Notes: generated by a model from the letters alone, not told the origin. Shown: positions 38,275-56,799, numbered from the stretch's first letter. The stretch is 64,000 nt of DNA from the human T2T-CHM13v2.0 reference genome, Homo sapiens (GCF_009914755.1 NC_060938.1), one strand, 5' to 3'. Program-made: numbers and translations.

Positions 38275-41200
38275 TGTCAGGTCTTGGATTTTGTCCCTTC
38301 TTACAAGCTAATAAGCTTGTTTCATTGAGGCTGTCAATAAAAACACAGGGCTCCTTAGTAAGAGACAAAGGATTTTTATTACTTATGGCACAACAAACAG
38401 CATGAACATTGATATATTTCCATCAGTTTCTCCTTCCTTTAAGTCCTCAAAAGATGATGTAATGGGTAGTAAGGGATGCTACCCATGAAGTGGTATTATG
38501 TCACAGGTGAGGAACTCTGAGCTTAGGAAGTTCATTGCTTTTATAACAAGCACTCAGCCAGCTTGCTCTTTGTCTCAGAGGGAGACATTACCTCATCTCC
38601 CAAGGTTGCTTGCTGGCATAACTCTGAGAAGTGATCCAGGTAGAATGCTCATGTCATTACACTGTTGGCACACTCATCAAGTCACGTTTGAGTACAAGAG
38701 ACTCATGGTGGACTGCCTTTCAATAATATCCACTCCATGGTCTTACACTGGGTTAGTTGCTAGAAATTTATTTTATGAGTATGCCACTTTGTCAGTCATT
38801 CTGATTTGTGTAACTGAGAGATGTCATGACTAAATGCATTACATTTGTCTCAAGTAGCATTTAATTAAGGCTACTATCAGCAGAACTCTAAGAAGCAGAA
38901 TGAGACCAACATGCAGTATTAACCTTAATTATGCTTGATCCAGCCAAATGTGAGTAAGTTCCAAAGTACAGACAGCTAGCATGTAGTATTTTATCTATTA
39001 TAACCCATACATGAAAGTTCAGACTGAAATGTTGGTCTTTCTTTGAATTACCACAAAGAAAAAACCCTACCATTCCCAATATAGAGATGTTATATGGCCC
39101 CTTTCCCCCGGGCATAACCCAAAATGCACAAGTTAATCAAATTTGGGATTTATTATTAAACTTGATTTGGATAAGCATTGCATCACTTTGGTTAAACTAC
39201 GTGAGCAGTGTCAGTGAGTATTTGCAATATTTGCAACCTCTGTAGCCATTCATGACATAACCCAACTGTCAAGATATCAGGGGAAGCATATACATTTGTG
39301 TCAGTCAATTTGAGACAAGGTTGTGCTGATTCTTGCGTTTGTATACTTATGAAGATGGGGAATCTATATTGGAAAGATGCCACTGATAAAATAGTCTGGG
39401 AGCCACATTCACAAGAGTTTTCCTGTTTTCTTGGGATGTGGGAGGAGATAACAAACCAATAGCAGGACACAGAGTTGCTGCTTGGCTCCAGAAGACAATA
39501 TGTTTGTTTTTCTATACTTGTTCTAGCATACAAAGAGAGCATTAGACCCTCACTTCTCCCCACTGGCCAGGGTCTAAGAGTTTCTCTTGCTATGTGCTCA
39601 TCATCACTAATCATCAGAGAGATATCCATCAAAACCACAGTGAGATATCATCTCACACCAGTCAGAATGGCTATTATTAAAAAATTATAAAACAACAGAT
39701 ACTGTTGAGACTGCAGAGAAAAGGGAACACTTATATGCTATTGATGGGAATGTAAATTAGTTCAGTGCCTGTGGATAGCAGTTTGGAGATACCCCAAAGA
39801 ACATAAAACGAAGCTATCATTTTACCCAGCATTCCCATTGTTGGATATATATGCAAAGGAAAATAGATTGTTGTACCAAAAGGATACATGGCTTCTTATT
39901 ATTATTGCCATGGTATTCACAATAGCAAATATGTGGAATAAAACTCTGTGCCCATTGATGGTGGATTGGATAAAGAAAATGTGGTACATATATACCATGG
40001 AATACTATGTTGCCACAGAAAAGAATGAAATAATTTCTTTGCAGCAACATGAATGGATCTGGAGGCCATTATACTAAGTGAATTAATGCAGAAATGTTAA
40101 ACCAAATATCACATGTTCTTACTTATAAGTGGGAGCCAAACACAGAACCTACGTAAACATGGCAACAACTATGGATTACCAAAGGGAGCAGGAACTGGGG
40201 GGTGCATTAAATAGTACCTATCGAGTACTATGCTCACCACCTGGGTGTAATATACACATGTAACAAACCTGCACATGTACCTCTTGTACCTAAAATATAA
40301 ACTAAAATATTTAAAAATAGACTCAAAATTAGTACCATTTTCAGAAGCGTTTATTTTAAGATAAATTGCTTTTAAATGAAATCTTGTTTTGCAATACTCT
40401 GAGGTTCACAAGACATATCTAGAAAATGTACTATTGCGGAAGGTGAAGACGGTGTAAAACCAGTGGGGGAGAGGTCAGTGGTTTTTCTTATTGGTTGATT
40501 ATCAGAACACTGTCCTTTGGGGATATGAAAGAGTTTTATATATTCTTTAGACATAATTAGACAAACAATGGTCCATAGGGCAGGTTTGATGCTGTACAAA
40601 GTCTGTCATTTTGCTAGCACTGATATGGTTCTTGGGTCCACCACAGCATTAGATCTGTTGATGCATTTATATTATGCTTTGTTACAAATCTTGAAAAGAG
40701 GGGTGCTTCTTACAGACTTTGCTTCAGATATTAGATTTTGTTTTAGTAAATTTTCCAAGACTGTAGTGGCTGCCAGCTTGTGTTACTTTCACTTTTCCTC
40801 TGGTTTTTGTATTTACCGAGAAATGGTCATGGTTTCTGTCAAGTGCAATGTACCCTTGGAGAAAGGAATTTCAATATTAGCATCTATTCCCTCATTCTAT
40901 TTCCTAGGTAGTTGTTGGTGGGAATGGGAAAGGTTAGCCTCAGCCATCTTTGGTGAATACCGATTACATGGCTCTTGAGTGGAAAAAAGCCTGCTTCATT
41001 GTTGGCCTCTTCAAAGACATGAAACACGTTGTGGAACAGAAGAGAACAGTAGTTGTCTGTCCTTGTTTATCTATAGACTCAATTGAGTTTCTTGCATAGA
41101 TAGCTCCCTGATAGATTTGGTTTGCTGGTTATGTCAGGATGAACAAAACCTATAACTTTTAGAGATTGATTCCTAGGTATCAGCTTTATACAAGAAAGGC

Positions 41201-41690
41201 AATAAGAGGGACAGGACAAATGAACAGGCACATTGGGTTTTATTGACAGTCTAGGTACTAAAGGCAGGTTCATCTCAATTGCACCAACCCAAGCAAGAGC
41301 TGTTTTGGCACAGATGCATCATTGGTGCAAAATGGAATGACAAAGTCCAAGCTCCTCCAGTTCCTGGCCTTGTTAAAAAATATTGCTTAGGCTATGGGCT
41401 GCAACCATGTTTGTTTTGTTCAGCTAGATTTTAGGCCATTTCATCTTGGAAGACTTATTTTGAGTTATAAGAAATTTCTTTAAAAGTTGTATATAACAGA
41501 GTAGTATAGGAATATGTGGCCTGACATTAAGAAGAGCTATACAGTGTGAAATTCTCCCTGAATTGCAAGAATCTCACTCAGATTTCTATAATAGAATCTG
41601 TTATGTCTGATTTTTTAGTTCAGGAAAGTGGCTATTAGAAATAAGTGGTCTTACTGACCCAAGAGTTGCCATTTGATGGAAACTCATACA
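38275..41690 (-). mobile_element. Old LTR (about 38275-38722) with degenerate ERV internal sequence, interrupted by an L1
   Basis: TG...CA bounded LTR-like segment with a minus-strand poly(A) signal (TTTATT); adjacent sequence resembles decayed env/pol; family not determined. Confidence 0.55.
39590..40320 (+). mobile_element. L1 3' end fragment
   Basis: ORFs 39475-39690 (tail) and 39838-40077 match the ORF2 C-terminus; 3'UTR and A-rich tail follow. Confidence 0.88.
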
Positions 41691-41769
41691 CACATATATA
41701 CCCCTCTGCCTTTCTCACACATACATTGACTTTGACTTTTAATATAGCTTAAAAGCTTTATTAAAAGTT

Positions 41770-42800
41770 TTTATTTTTAATTGATTCATAATATTTGTAC
41801 ATATTTATGTGGTCCATGTGATATTTTGTTAGGTGCATAGAATATACAATAATCAAGGCAGGGTGTTTAGAATATCTATTACCAAGAGCACTTATCATTT
41901 CTGTATTGAGAATATTTCAAGTCCTCACTTCTAGCTATTTTGAAAGTACAATGTGTTGTTGTTAACTTTAGTCATTCTACTCTGCTATTGAAAATTAGAA
42001 CTTATTCCTTCTGTTTCTACCCACTAACCAACCTCCTTTTATTCCCCCAACCACATCCATTTCCTTCCCAGTCTCTGATAACCATCATTCTAGTCTCTGT
42101 CTCCCTGAGATCAACTCTTTTTTTTTAGCTTCCACCTATGAGTGAATTCATGCAATATTTATCTTCTTGTGCCTGGCTTATTTCATTTAACATAATGACT
42201 TCCAGTTCCATCCATGTTGCTGCAAAGGACACGATTTCATTTATTTTTATACCTGAATAGTATTCCATTGTGTAACTATACAACATTTTCTTTATCCATT
42301 CACCAGTAGATAGACACTTTGTTGATTTAATATCTTTACTATTGAGAATAGTGCTACAATAAACATGAGGAGGCAGGTATGCCTTCAAAACACTTCTTTC
42401 CTTTGGATAAATACTCAGTAGTTGGATTGCTGGATTGTATGGTAGTTCTATTACTAGATTTTTGAGAAATTTCCCTACTGTTTTCCAGAGTGGCTGTACT
42501 AATTTACATTCCTACCAACAATGTTTGAGAGTTCCATTTTCTATGAATCCTCATCACATCTATTATTTTCTATATTTTTAATAATAGCGATTCTAACTGG
42601 GATAGGATGATATCTCATTGTGGTTTTGATTCGCATTTCCTTGATGATTAGTGATGTTGAGCATGTTTTAAATACCTATTGGCTATTTGTCTTCTTTTGA
42701 GAAATGTCAATTTAGATCTTCTGCCCATTTTTAAATGGGATTGTTTGACTTTTTTTTTTGCTGTTGAGTTGTTTGAGTTCCTTGTATATTCTGAATTTAA
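41770..42800 (-). mobile_element. L1MA-like 3' fragment
   Basis: ORF 42125-42388 (EWIKKMLYSYTMEYYS...FAATWMELE) and L1MA-type 3'UTR. Confidence 0.85.
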
Positions 42801-42880
42801 CTAAAGTGTCATATTTTCACTTTTAGCAGTTCACATAACACAGGTCTGTAGTTGGAATACATCTTTGATCACTTTCATGA

Positions 42881-42898
42881 GTCCTCAAGATGGCAGTG
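42881..42898 (+). promoter_or_regulatory. CTCF-like motif upstream of TRAV12-3
   Basis: GTCCTCAAGATGGCAGTG; motif match only. Confidence 0.5.
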
Positions 42899-43185
42899 TC
42901 TTCTCAGGGACCTTGAGGCAAGCTCTCATGTGCTCCTGCGGTGGGGAGGGGAGGGGATGCATGTGCACTTGCAAGTGCACACACACACATGAATAAGAGC
43001 AAGACAGAGGGAGAGATGAGGGAGGAGCTTAATGATGGAGCAGAGGTGTTAAAAAGAACATCCTTTTTCTAATTGGTAGGACAGATTTCTTTTATGATTC
43101 CTACAGCAGAAAAATGAGAAACGTTTGTTATTATTTTTTTTTCGTGTTTAAGGTTTGAATCCTCAGTGAACCAGGGCAGAAAAGA

Positions 43186-43799
<614 letters not shown>

Positions 43800-44018
43800 T
43801 GATGTAGAGCTTAGACTGCAAGGCAATGAAGTTCTATTTGTTCTCTAGATGCAAATGAAAACTAAAAGCAGTAGTATTGAAGGTTTGATTAATTTGGGAC
43901 ATATTTTCATAATTCTGAAAATTATTGAGACCCCAAAGGAAAATAAAAGACACCATTTGGTCTACTTGAAATATTTTCTAGTCTTCTCTTTCCACTTTAG
44001 TTTTGAAATTTTTTTTTT

Positions 44019-44345
44019 GCTGACTTTGTGGCTCATGTCTGTAATCTCAACACTTTTGGAGGCATAGGGAAGAGGATCACTTAAACCCAAGAATTTGAGA
44101 CTAGCCTGGGCAACACAGGGAGACCTTGTCTCAAAAAAAGAAAAAAAATCGCCAAGAGTGGTGACATGCACCTGTAGTCCCAGCAACTTGGGAGGGAAGA
44201 GGTGGGAGGATTTCTTGAGTCGGAGAGGTGGAGGCTGCAATGAGCTGTGATCACAGGACTGCACTCCAGCCTGGACAATGGAGTGATACCCTGTCTCAAA
44301 AAACAAACAAAAACAAAACACAAAACAACAACAAAACACAAATAA
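44019..44345 (+). mobile_element. AluJ
   Basis: Diverged dimeric Alu with (CAAA)-type tail. Confidence 0.88.
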
Positions 44346-45849
44346 AATATTTTTATTGAGGTGTTATTGACACACAAAAAGGTGCACATATTCACTTTAT
44401 ACAGACAATATAATCGTGCCATAAACATATGTACCATTTCTAAAAATTTGCTTCCTCCCTGGTTTCTTTTTATTAAGTTATTATTGCTATACAAAAAGGT
44501 ACATTTATTTAATCCATGCCCAGTCTACTTTTATGCCACATCTTTACTTTATGAGATTGGTTTTATGATTCTTTTTATCAAAGACAAGAAAATATTTCCA
44601 TACAATAACAGATATGCTCTCATGGTTCCTAAGACATTTTGCTCTTTCCCCAAGGCATTTGATAGACATTGCTTTAAGAATGAAACAGCAAAGCAGAAAT
44701 GCAAAGAGAAGAAAAATCATAAGCAGACTAATTTGAAAATCCGGTAAGTCATAAATTTTTTAAGTTACAGAACCCTAACTCCATCTCCAGCCTCAACTAC
44801 AACATCACTCCTGAGTTATATAAGGGTACACCTGATGGACAGCTGGAAGAACTAGAGTGAGAGAGTGAGAACTGGTTGAGAAAAAGCCTAATTAGTTGCA
44901 CAAACTAAAGATTAGAGAGGGTCTATGTTGCCATTTTGGGGTAAAGTTTTAATCAAATTCAAAACTCCCAGCTTGAGCCTGATGGGATAGTTTTTTGATT
45001 CCTATGTACTTGAGTGTGGCCTGGAGATGGGAAGGAGCATTGGCTGTAGTTATAGAGTGCCTCATCTCCCCAGCAGGGCATGACAGCACAGAAGGACTTA
45101 AAATTTTTTTGAGAAGGGTCTCTAAGTATCTTAAAGAGATCCAGACACCAAGGTCCTTTGTTATGATGAGTAAAGACCTGTATGAATAAGATACCAAAGA
45201 CCGTATGGAATTGAGAATGCTTCAGGAAATGTTTGTCTGGAGAGTTGGAAACACTAAACATCATATGAATATCTCCATCCCCTGACTACAAGGCACCACA
45301 GATTTGCCCTGCAGTGTATGTCAAGTATGGGGAAAGCATTTGTGGCCTGACGAAATAAGGCCTTTTAGTAGACATTACTTTGAATTACAGGCAAAATATT
45401 TGAGAATCATATTTACTGTAAAAATGAAGTTGTGGTCTGATAGGCATAACATTATTTATGTAGCCCAGAAGGTGGGAAAAGCTTGGAAATGAAGAATAAA
45501 TGTTTCTGTCCAGTTTTATTGACAGTCACTGATGAAAATGATGAAGCCAAGTCAGAATTTGCTGCAACTTCTTACTCTGCAGAAGTGAAGACTCTGAACA
45601 AATATTTCCCAGTCATAGAAGAAAGATTTAAAAAGCAAGGAGGAAGAGCAAACAGTTGTGCTGGAATCAAGGTACTTAAATTTTTATTCCACTTTTATGA
45701 TTTGCCTTCTGGCATCATGGCATTCTGGAAAGAACTCAGGCTGTGGTGCTGGTTTGAACATCGATTATATTACTTATGGCCTTTTTCATATTAAGCTCTA
45801 CAATTATATATATTTCAGGACTGGTTTCAGGATTCCGTGAGACAAAATA

Positions 45850-46330
45850 TTGTCTTGGGATGAGTTCCTTAAAAGCAGAGACTGCATTTGGAATTCTCTG
45901 TCTGTAATTTATTTGGGAAACCAGGTTGAGATGGGGGAAAGGCTGGACATGAGGGGGAAAGGTTGAGATGCTGGACATGGTCCAGCAGAGGTCTTGATCC
46001 AGCCTGACCTCATGGGGAGCTCTGGAGCTTGAACTGTATCACAGGGTTGATTCCTCCCACCCTGAGGCAAGGAGGCCAGACTGCTCGGACCTATTGTGGG
46101 TAAGAATAAAGTCATCATTGGTTGTGGTGTTTCTTGGGGTAGAGGTATATGCTACTGGACAATGGTGACTCTCATTGGCTAAGGTCAATTTTCTAGGGAA
46201 AGAGGCAACTGTGAGCCAAGAGTAGCCAACATTCACAGTAGCTGGGGATGGCTACACTGTCCTAGGAAAGGGGATCTAGCTTGGGGACCAGCAGTGCTCA
46301 TTATTAACATGGAACTTGCCTGGTATGTGG
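45850..46330. mobile_element. MLT1-like (MaLR) LTR remnant
   Basis: CATGGGGAGCTCTGGAGC...GAGGCAAGGAGGC resembles MLT1 as recalled. Confidence 0.5.
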
Positions 46331-46354
46331 GTAGCATTTGAGAAATAATAGACT

Positions 46355-50705
<4,351 letters not shown>

Positions 50706-52779
50706 TAGCCTACCGTAGTAAATAGCAATAGCCTACCCTAGTAAAGTTTAATATTTTGAATGAAATATATTATGTTGTCTTACATATGAAAAGAAAATCT
50801 ACAGGCAGAATCAAGGAATAGGTCAGAAGTGCAAGGGAGAACTGATTTCCCACTGGCATGAGTCAACAGAGTACACAGAAAGGAAGGAGTTTGTTTTGAC
50901 CTTTGAAAAGAATTCTTGTTAGCCGGTTCTTATTTCACCTGAGTTTTTTTCTTTATTTGATTTTTTCAATTTTAGGATCCAATGATCTCTATGCTAAAAT
51001 AAGTTGGGTGAGGAAGTCTTTTCATTCAAGAATTTCATCTTCTTAGGCCATAGAGTTGACTGCTCTGGTTCAATGCATCCTGTCTCCCACCCACAGGGGA
51101 CTGCTTCTTGCCTAGCTCTGTTGAGTATCACTGTCAACCTATCCTAAGTCTTCTATACCTCCCATTTTCTTGGTCATCTCATTTCTTGTCTGCTGGTTGC
51201 ACTCCTCCCAGCTTTACTGAGTTCACGTAGGCTTACTTTTCTTTCTGTATCTTTAATTCTTCCCATAATTACTTATTTATATGTTATATTTTATTACCTT
51301 CATTATTCTGCTCAAATTTCTCCATAAATGGGCTTCTGTTGATGTTCTTTTTAAGGCGAGATACCATAATTTGGCATAATGTATCAGTCTATTCTGAGCG
51401 TTGATAATTCAAATGGGACTTTTCTCTAAGTTTTTTCTCCTAGCCTTACAAACATCAAACTTGATTTGAAACCAAGAAGTCTTTTTCACAATTTCTGCTT
51501 CACAAAGAAAATTATTACCTATTAGTTTGCATTGACTAATTAGCTAATGACACGTGATCCAGGCTGATTTTAAGTATGAGTCTCTAGTCATTTTTTTTTC
51601 CTTTAGCACCTAATAAAAGAGAAATCTCTTCCATCCACTCTAATGCTCATGTGAATCCACTAGCACAGTGCCACACGAAGCTTAGCTAAGCCTGAGGCAA
51701 TTGATCTTCTCCCCTCTCCTTGATGAGTGCCTCTAAAAAATAACATAGAGCATCTTAATGGTATTCCAAAATCTGGAATATTGCCTTCTGTGACTAATTT
51801 CTCAGTGAAGTAAATTACTTTTCTAGTTTTACATAACTCCAATTTCTTGTCTATTTTTTGAGGGGAAAAACATTTTTATTTTCTAATTTTTAAATTTTAT
51901 TTCTTTCAACTGTTATTTTAGAATCAGGAGTACATGTGCAGGTTTGTAACAGAGGCATATTGCATGATGCTGAAGTTTGGACTATGAATGCATTGTCGCT
52001 CAGGTTGTGAGCATAGTTCCTAATAGTTTTCAGTCCTTTTCTCCTTCCCTCTCTTCCCACTCTAGTAGTACCCAGTGTCTATTGTGACTATCTTTATGTT
52101 CATGTGTAGCTAGTGTTTAGCCCCCACCTATAAGTGAGAACATGCAGTATTTAGTTTTCTGCTTCTGCATTAATTCCTTTCAGATAATGGCCTCTAGCTG
52201 CATACTTGTTGCTGCAAAGGACAGGATTTCATTTTTCTATGGTTGCATAGAAGTCCATGGTGTATATGTGCCACATTTTCTTCATCCAATCCACCACCGA
52301 TTGGCACCTGAGTTGATTCCATTTCTTTGCTATTGTGAATAATGCTGTGATGAATGTATGGGTGAATATGTCTTTTTGGTAGAAAATTTTATTTGCCTTT
52401 GGGTATATACCCAGTAATGGGATTGCTGGGTTGAATGTTAGCTCTGTTTTAAGTTCTTTGAGAAATCTCAAAACTAATCTCCACAGTAGCTGGACTAATT
52501 TATATTTCCACCAACAGTATGTAAGTGTTCCCTTTTCTACACAGCCTAGCCAACATCTATTATTCTTTGACTTTTTAAAAAAAGCCATTCTGATTGGTGT
52601 GAGATGGTATCTCATTGTGGTTTTGATTTACATTTCTCTGATGTTAAGTGATGATGAGCATTTTTTCATGTTTGTTGGCTGTATGTATGTCTTCTTTTAA
52701 GAAGTCTCTGTTCATGTCCTTTGCCTACATTTTAATGCGGTTGCTTTTTGCTTGTCGATTTGTTGAAGTTACTTTTGTT

Positions 52780-53271
52780 TCTTTCTTTTTTTGGAAAGAC
52801 AGGGTCTCACTCTGTTGTCCAGACTGGAGTGCAGTAGCATGATCCTAGCTCACTCTATCCTTAAACTCCAGGGCTCAAGGGATCCTCCTGCTTTAGCTGG
52901 GACTACAGGCACATGCCACTATGGCCAGCTGATTTTTTTCTTTTCCTTCCTTCCTTCCTCCCTTCCTTCCTTCCTTCCTTCTTCCCTCCCTCCCTCCCTT
53001 CCTTCCTCTCTTTCTCTCCTCCTCTTTCTCTTTCCTTCCTTCCTTCTTTCCTTCCTTCCTTCCTTCCTTCCTTCCTTCCTTCCTTCCTTCCTTCCTTCCT
53101 TCCTTCCTTTCTTCCTTCTTTCCTTCTTTCCTTCTTTCTCTCACTTTTTTTTTTTGAGTCAGATTCTTGCTATGCTGCCCGGGCTGGTCTTGAACCCCTG
53201 GCTTCAAGCAATCTTCCAGCTTCAGCCACACAAAGTGTGGGGATTACAGGTATGAGCCGTCGCACCCAGCC
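52780..53271 (-). mobile_element. AluJ whose central linker is expanded into a (TTCC)n microsatellite (about 52940-53145)
   Basis: Two Alu arms separated by a long CCTT/TTCC tract; GTTACTT on both flanks. Confidence 0.88.
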
Positions 53272-54189
53272 TGTTACTTATAGATTCTGGATATAAGACT
53301 TTTGTCAGATACATAGTTTGCAAATAATTTCACCCATTCTGTAGGTTGTCTGTTTACTATATTGATAGTTTATTTTCCTGTGCACAAACTACGTAGGTCA
53401 CACTTTTCAAGTTTTGTTTTGGTTGCAATTGCTTTCCAGGACTTAACCATAAATTCTTTGCCAATGCCGATGGCAAAAGGGTATTTTTCTGTTTTTTTCC
53501 CCCTAAGATTTTTATAGTTTTGGGTATTACAATTAAGTCTTTAATCCATCTGGAATTAATTTTTGTGTATAGTGATGGGTTGGGGTCCAGCTTCATTCAC
53601 ATACACTGGTATGTGGCTAGCCAGTTATCCCCAGCACCATTTATTGACTAGAGAGTTTTTCCCAATTTCTTATTTTTGTTGACTTTGTCAAAGATCAGAT
53701 GGTTGTAGGTGTGTTACTTTATTTCAGAATTTGCTATTCTGTTCCATTGGTTTATGTGCCCATTTTTATACCAGTACTATGCTGTTTTGGTTACTGTAGA
53801 CTTGTAGTGTAGCTTGAAGTTGGGTAGTGTGATGCCTCCGGCTTTGTGCTTGTTGCTTAGATTGCTTTCACTATTTAGGCTCTTTTGGTTCCATATGAAT
53901 TTTAGAATAGTTTTTTCCTAATTCTGTGAAAAATGGCATTAGTAGTTTGATAGGAATAGCGTTGAATCTGTAAATTGCTTTGAGTAGTATGGACATTTTA
54001 AAGATATGGATTCTCCTAATCCAGGGTATGCAATGTTTTTCCTTTTTTGTGTGCCATCTCTGATTTCTCTCAGCAGTGTTTTGTAGTTCTCTTTGTAGAG
54101 ATCTTTCACATCCTTGGTTAGCTGTATTCCTAGGTATCTATTCTTTTTGTGTCTATTGCAAATGCAATTTTGTTCTTTAGTCTTTAGGA

Positions 54190-54257
54190 CCCTGCTCAAG
54201 GTCCTGCAGCATTGCCACTGCTGAGCCATGCTCCTGCTGCTCGGCCCAGCACTCCAG
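54190..54257 (+). other. Orphan partial copy of the TRAV8-6 5'UTR and leader exon inside an L1
   Basis: 63/68 identical to 56320-56387, ungapped; lacks the splice donor and V exon. Confidence 0.9.
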
Positions 54258-56045
54258 TGTCCCAGCTGTCAGCTTGAACAGACAGCTCGAACATTATTGG
54301 TGTATAGCAATGCTACTGATTTTTGCAAATTTGTTTTGCATCCTGAAACTTCACTGAAATCTTTTATCAAGTCTAGGAGCCTTTCGGCAGAACCTTGAGG
54401 GTTTTTCTAGATATCAAATCATACTGTCAGCAAAGACGGATAATTTGACTGCTTCTTTCCCTGTTTGGGTACACTTTATTTTTTTCTCTTTCTTGAGTGC
54501 TCTGGCTAGGACTTCCAATACTATACTGAATAGGAGTACTGAGAGTATACATTATTTTCTTGTTCCAGTTCTCAAGGGGAATGGTTCCAGCTTTTTCCCA
54601 TTGAGTATGATGTTGGCTGTTTGTCATAGGTGGCTCTTATTATTTTGTGGTATATTCCTTCCATGCTTAGTTTGTTGAGGGTTTTTATCATAAAGTGATG
54701 TTGGACTTTATTGAAAGCTGACTGCATCTATTGACATGATCATATGGTTTTGCTTTTAATTCTGTTTCTGTGGTGAATCACATTTATTGATTCGTCTATG
54801 TTGAACAAACCTTGCACCCCAGGAATGAAGCCTACTTGACCTTGAATTAACTTTTTGATGTACTGCTGGATTCAGTTTGCTAGTATTTTTGTTGAGGATT
54901 TTTACGTTTAAGTTTGTCAGGGATATTGACTGATATTTTCTTTTTTCATTGTGTCTCTGCTGGATTTTACTATCAGAATGATGCAGACTACATTGAATGA
55001 GTTAGGAAGGAACCCTTCTCCTCAATGTTTTGGGAATAGCTTCAGTAGGATTGGTACCAGTTCTTCTTTGTACAACTGGCTGAATTCTGTTGTGAATCCA
55101 TCCAGTCCAGGGGTTATTTTTGGTTGGCAGGTTTTAAAAAATTATTATTACTAACTCATTTCCAGAACTCATTATTAGTCTGTTCAGGTTTTCAATTTCT
55201 TCTTGGTTGAATATATAGAGGTTATTTTCTTCCAGGAATTTATTCGTTTTCTCCAGGTTTTCTAATTTTTATGAATAGTGGTGTTCCTAGTATTCTCTTA
55301 GGGTCTTTTGTATTTCTATGGGATCAATTGTAACGTCTCCTTTGTCATTTCTGATTGTGCTTATTTGGAACTTCTCTCTTATTTTCTTCATTAACCTACT
55401 TAGTGGTGTATCAATCTTGTTTATTCTTCCTGAAAGACAACTTTTGGTTTTATTGATCCTCTGTATGGATTTTCAAGTCTCAATTTTGTTCAGTTCTTTT
55501 CTGATTTTGTTTATTTATTTTCTTCTGCTAGCTTTTGGCTTTGTTTGTTCTTCTTTTTCTAGTCCTTCTAATTGTGATGCTAGAATGTTCACTTGAGATC
55601 TTTCTAATTTCTTGATATAAGTATTTAGCAGTATAAACTTTCCTATTAACACCTTTAGCTGCAAACCAAAGACTCTGGAATTTTGTCTTTCTGTTTTCAT
55701 TAATTTTTGCTCTACTTTGTTGTTTACCCAAAAGTCATTGAGGAGCAAGTTGTTTAATTTCCGTGTAACTGTGTGGTTTTGAGAGATCTCCTTGGTAATG
55801 ATTTCCATTTTTATTACACTGTGGTCCAAGATTATGCTTGGTATGATTTCGGTATTTTTGAATTTATTGCAATTTGCTTTATGGCTTCAATTTCTCAATA
55901 ATTTTGAGATTAATATCATGTACTATACAGAAGGTAACATCATCACAGATTCAGGAGGAAAGAAACGCTTTCTGTTGAAGTTTTGATATCATGTCTGAAA
56001 TGAGAAGGAAACAGCTTGCTCCCTTGGATCCGTGGTTCCGCCTGT

Positions 56046-56064
56046 TGCCTCTAGAGGGCGATGT
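56046..56064 (+). promoter_or_regulatory. CTCF-like motif upstream of TRAV8-6
   Basis: TGCCTCTAGAGGGCGATGT; motif match only. Confidence 0.6.
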
Positions 56065-56357
56065 TGCATCAAGTAGGCATCTGTTTTCATCGCAGACCAT
56101 CCTCATCCATTGAGCCTCCTCCCTGTAGCTGGCTGATGTAGCTCGTTGATATCTGTGTGGATAGGGAGCTGTGACGAGGGCAAGAGGTCAGAACACATCC
56201 AGGCTCCTTAAGGGAAAGCCTCTTTCTGTTTCTGAAACTTTTCAAAGCCAGGGACTTGTCCAATCCAACCTCCTCACAGTTCCTAGCTCCTGAGGCTCAG
56301 CGCCCTTGGCTTCTGTCCGCCCAGCTCAAGGTCCTGCAGCATTGCCACTGCTCAGCC

Positions 56358-56799
56358 ATGCTCCTGCTGCTCGTCCCAGCGTTCCAGGTGATTTTTACCC
56401 TGGGTGAGTAACATTCCATTCTTTTTCCTTCCACAGAAGTGACTGTGTTGTAACTGAATCTAAATTGAGACACATTTTTTACTCAAACAGCATTGATGTT
56501 GCAGGAGGAACCAGAGCCCAGTCTGTGACCCAGCTTGACAGCCAAGTCCCTGTCTTTGAAGAAGCCCCTGTGGAGCTGAGGTGCAACTACTCATCGTCTG
56601 TTTCAGTGTATCTCTTCTGGTATGTGCAATACCCCAACCAAGGACTCCAGCTTCTCCTGAAGTATTTATCAGGATCCACCCTGGTTAAAGGCATCAACGG
56701 TTTTGAGGCTGAATTTAACAAGAGTCAAACTTCCTTCCACTTGAGGAAACCCTCAGTCCATATAAGCGACACGGCTGAGTACTTCTGTGCTGTGAGTGA
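56358..56799 (+). CDS. TRAV8-6: T-cell receptor alpha variable 8-6 (leader 56358-56403, V exon 56505-56799)
   Basis: [16 protein letters not shown]|[41 protein letters not shown]...[10 protein letters not shown]; GT-AG intron. Confidence 0.97.

Larger units (their letters stand above)
51890..55886 (-). mobile_element. 5'-truncated old L1 (L1PA15-16/L1PB type)
   Basis: Minus-strand ORF2-like ORFs 52229-52615, 53357-53596 and 55515-55829. Confidence 0.9.

Noticed and set aside
52791-53296. ORFs of 112-154 aa with SFLP/EGRK repeats
   Set aside because: Translation of the (TTCC)n microsatellite inside an Alu.
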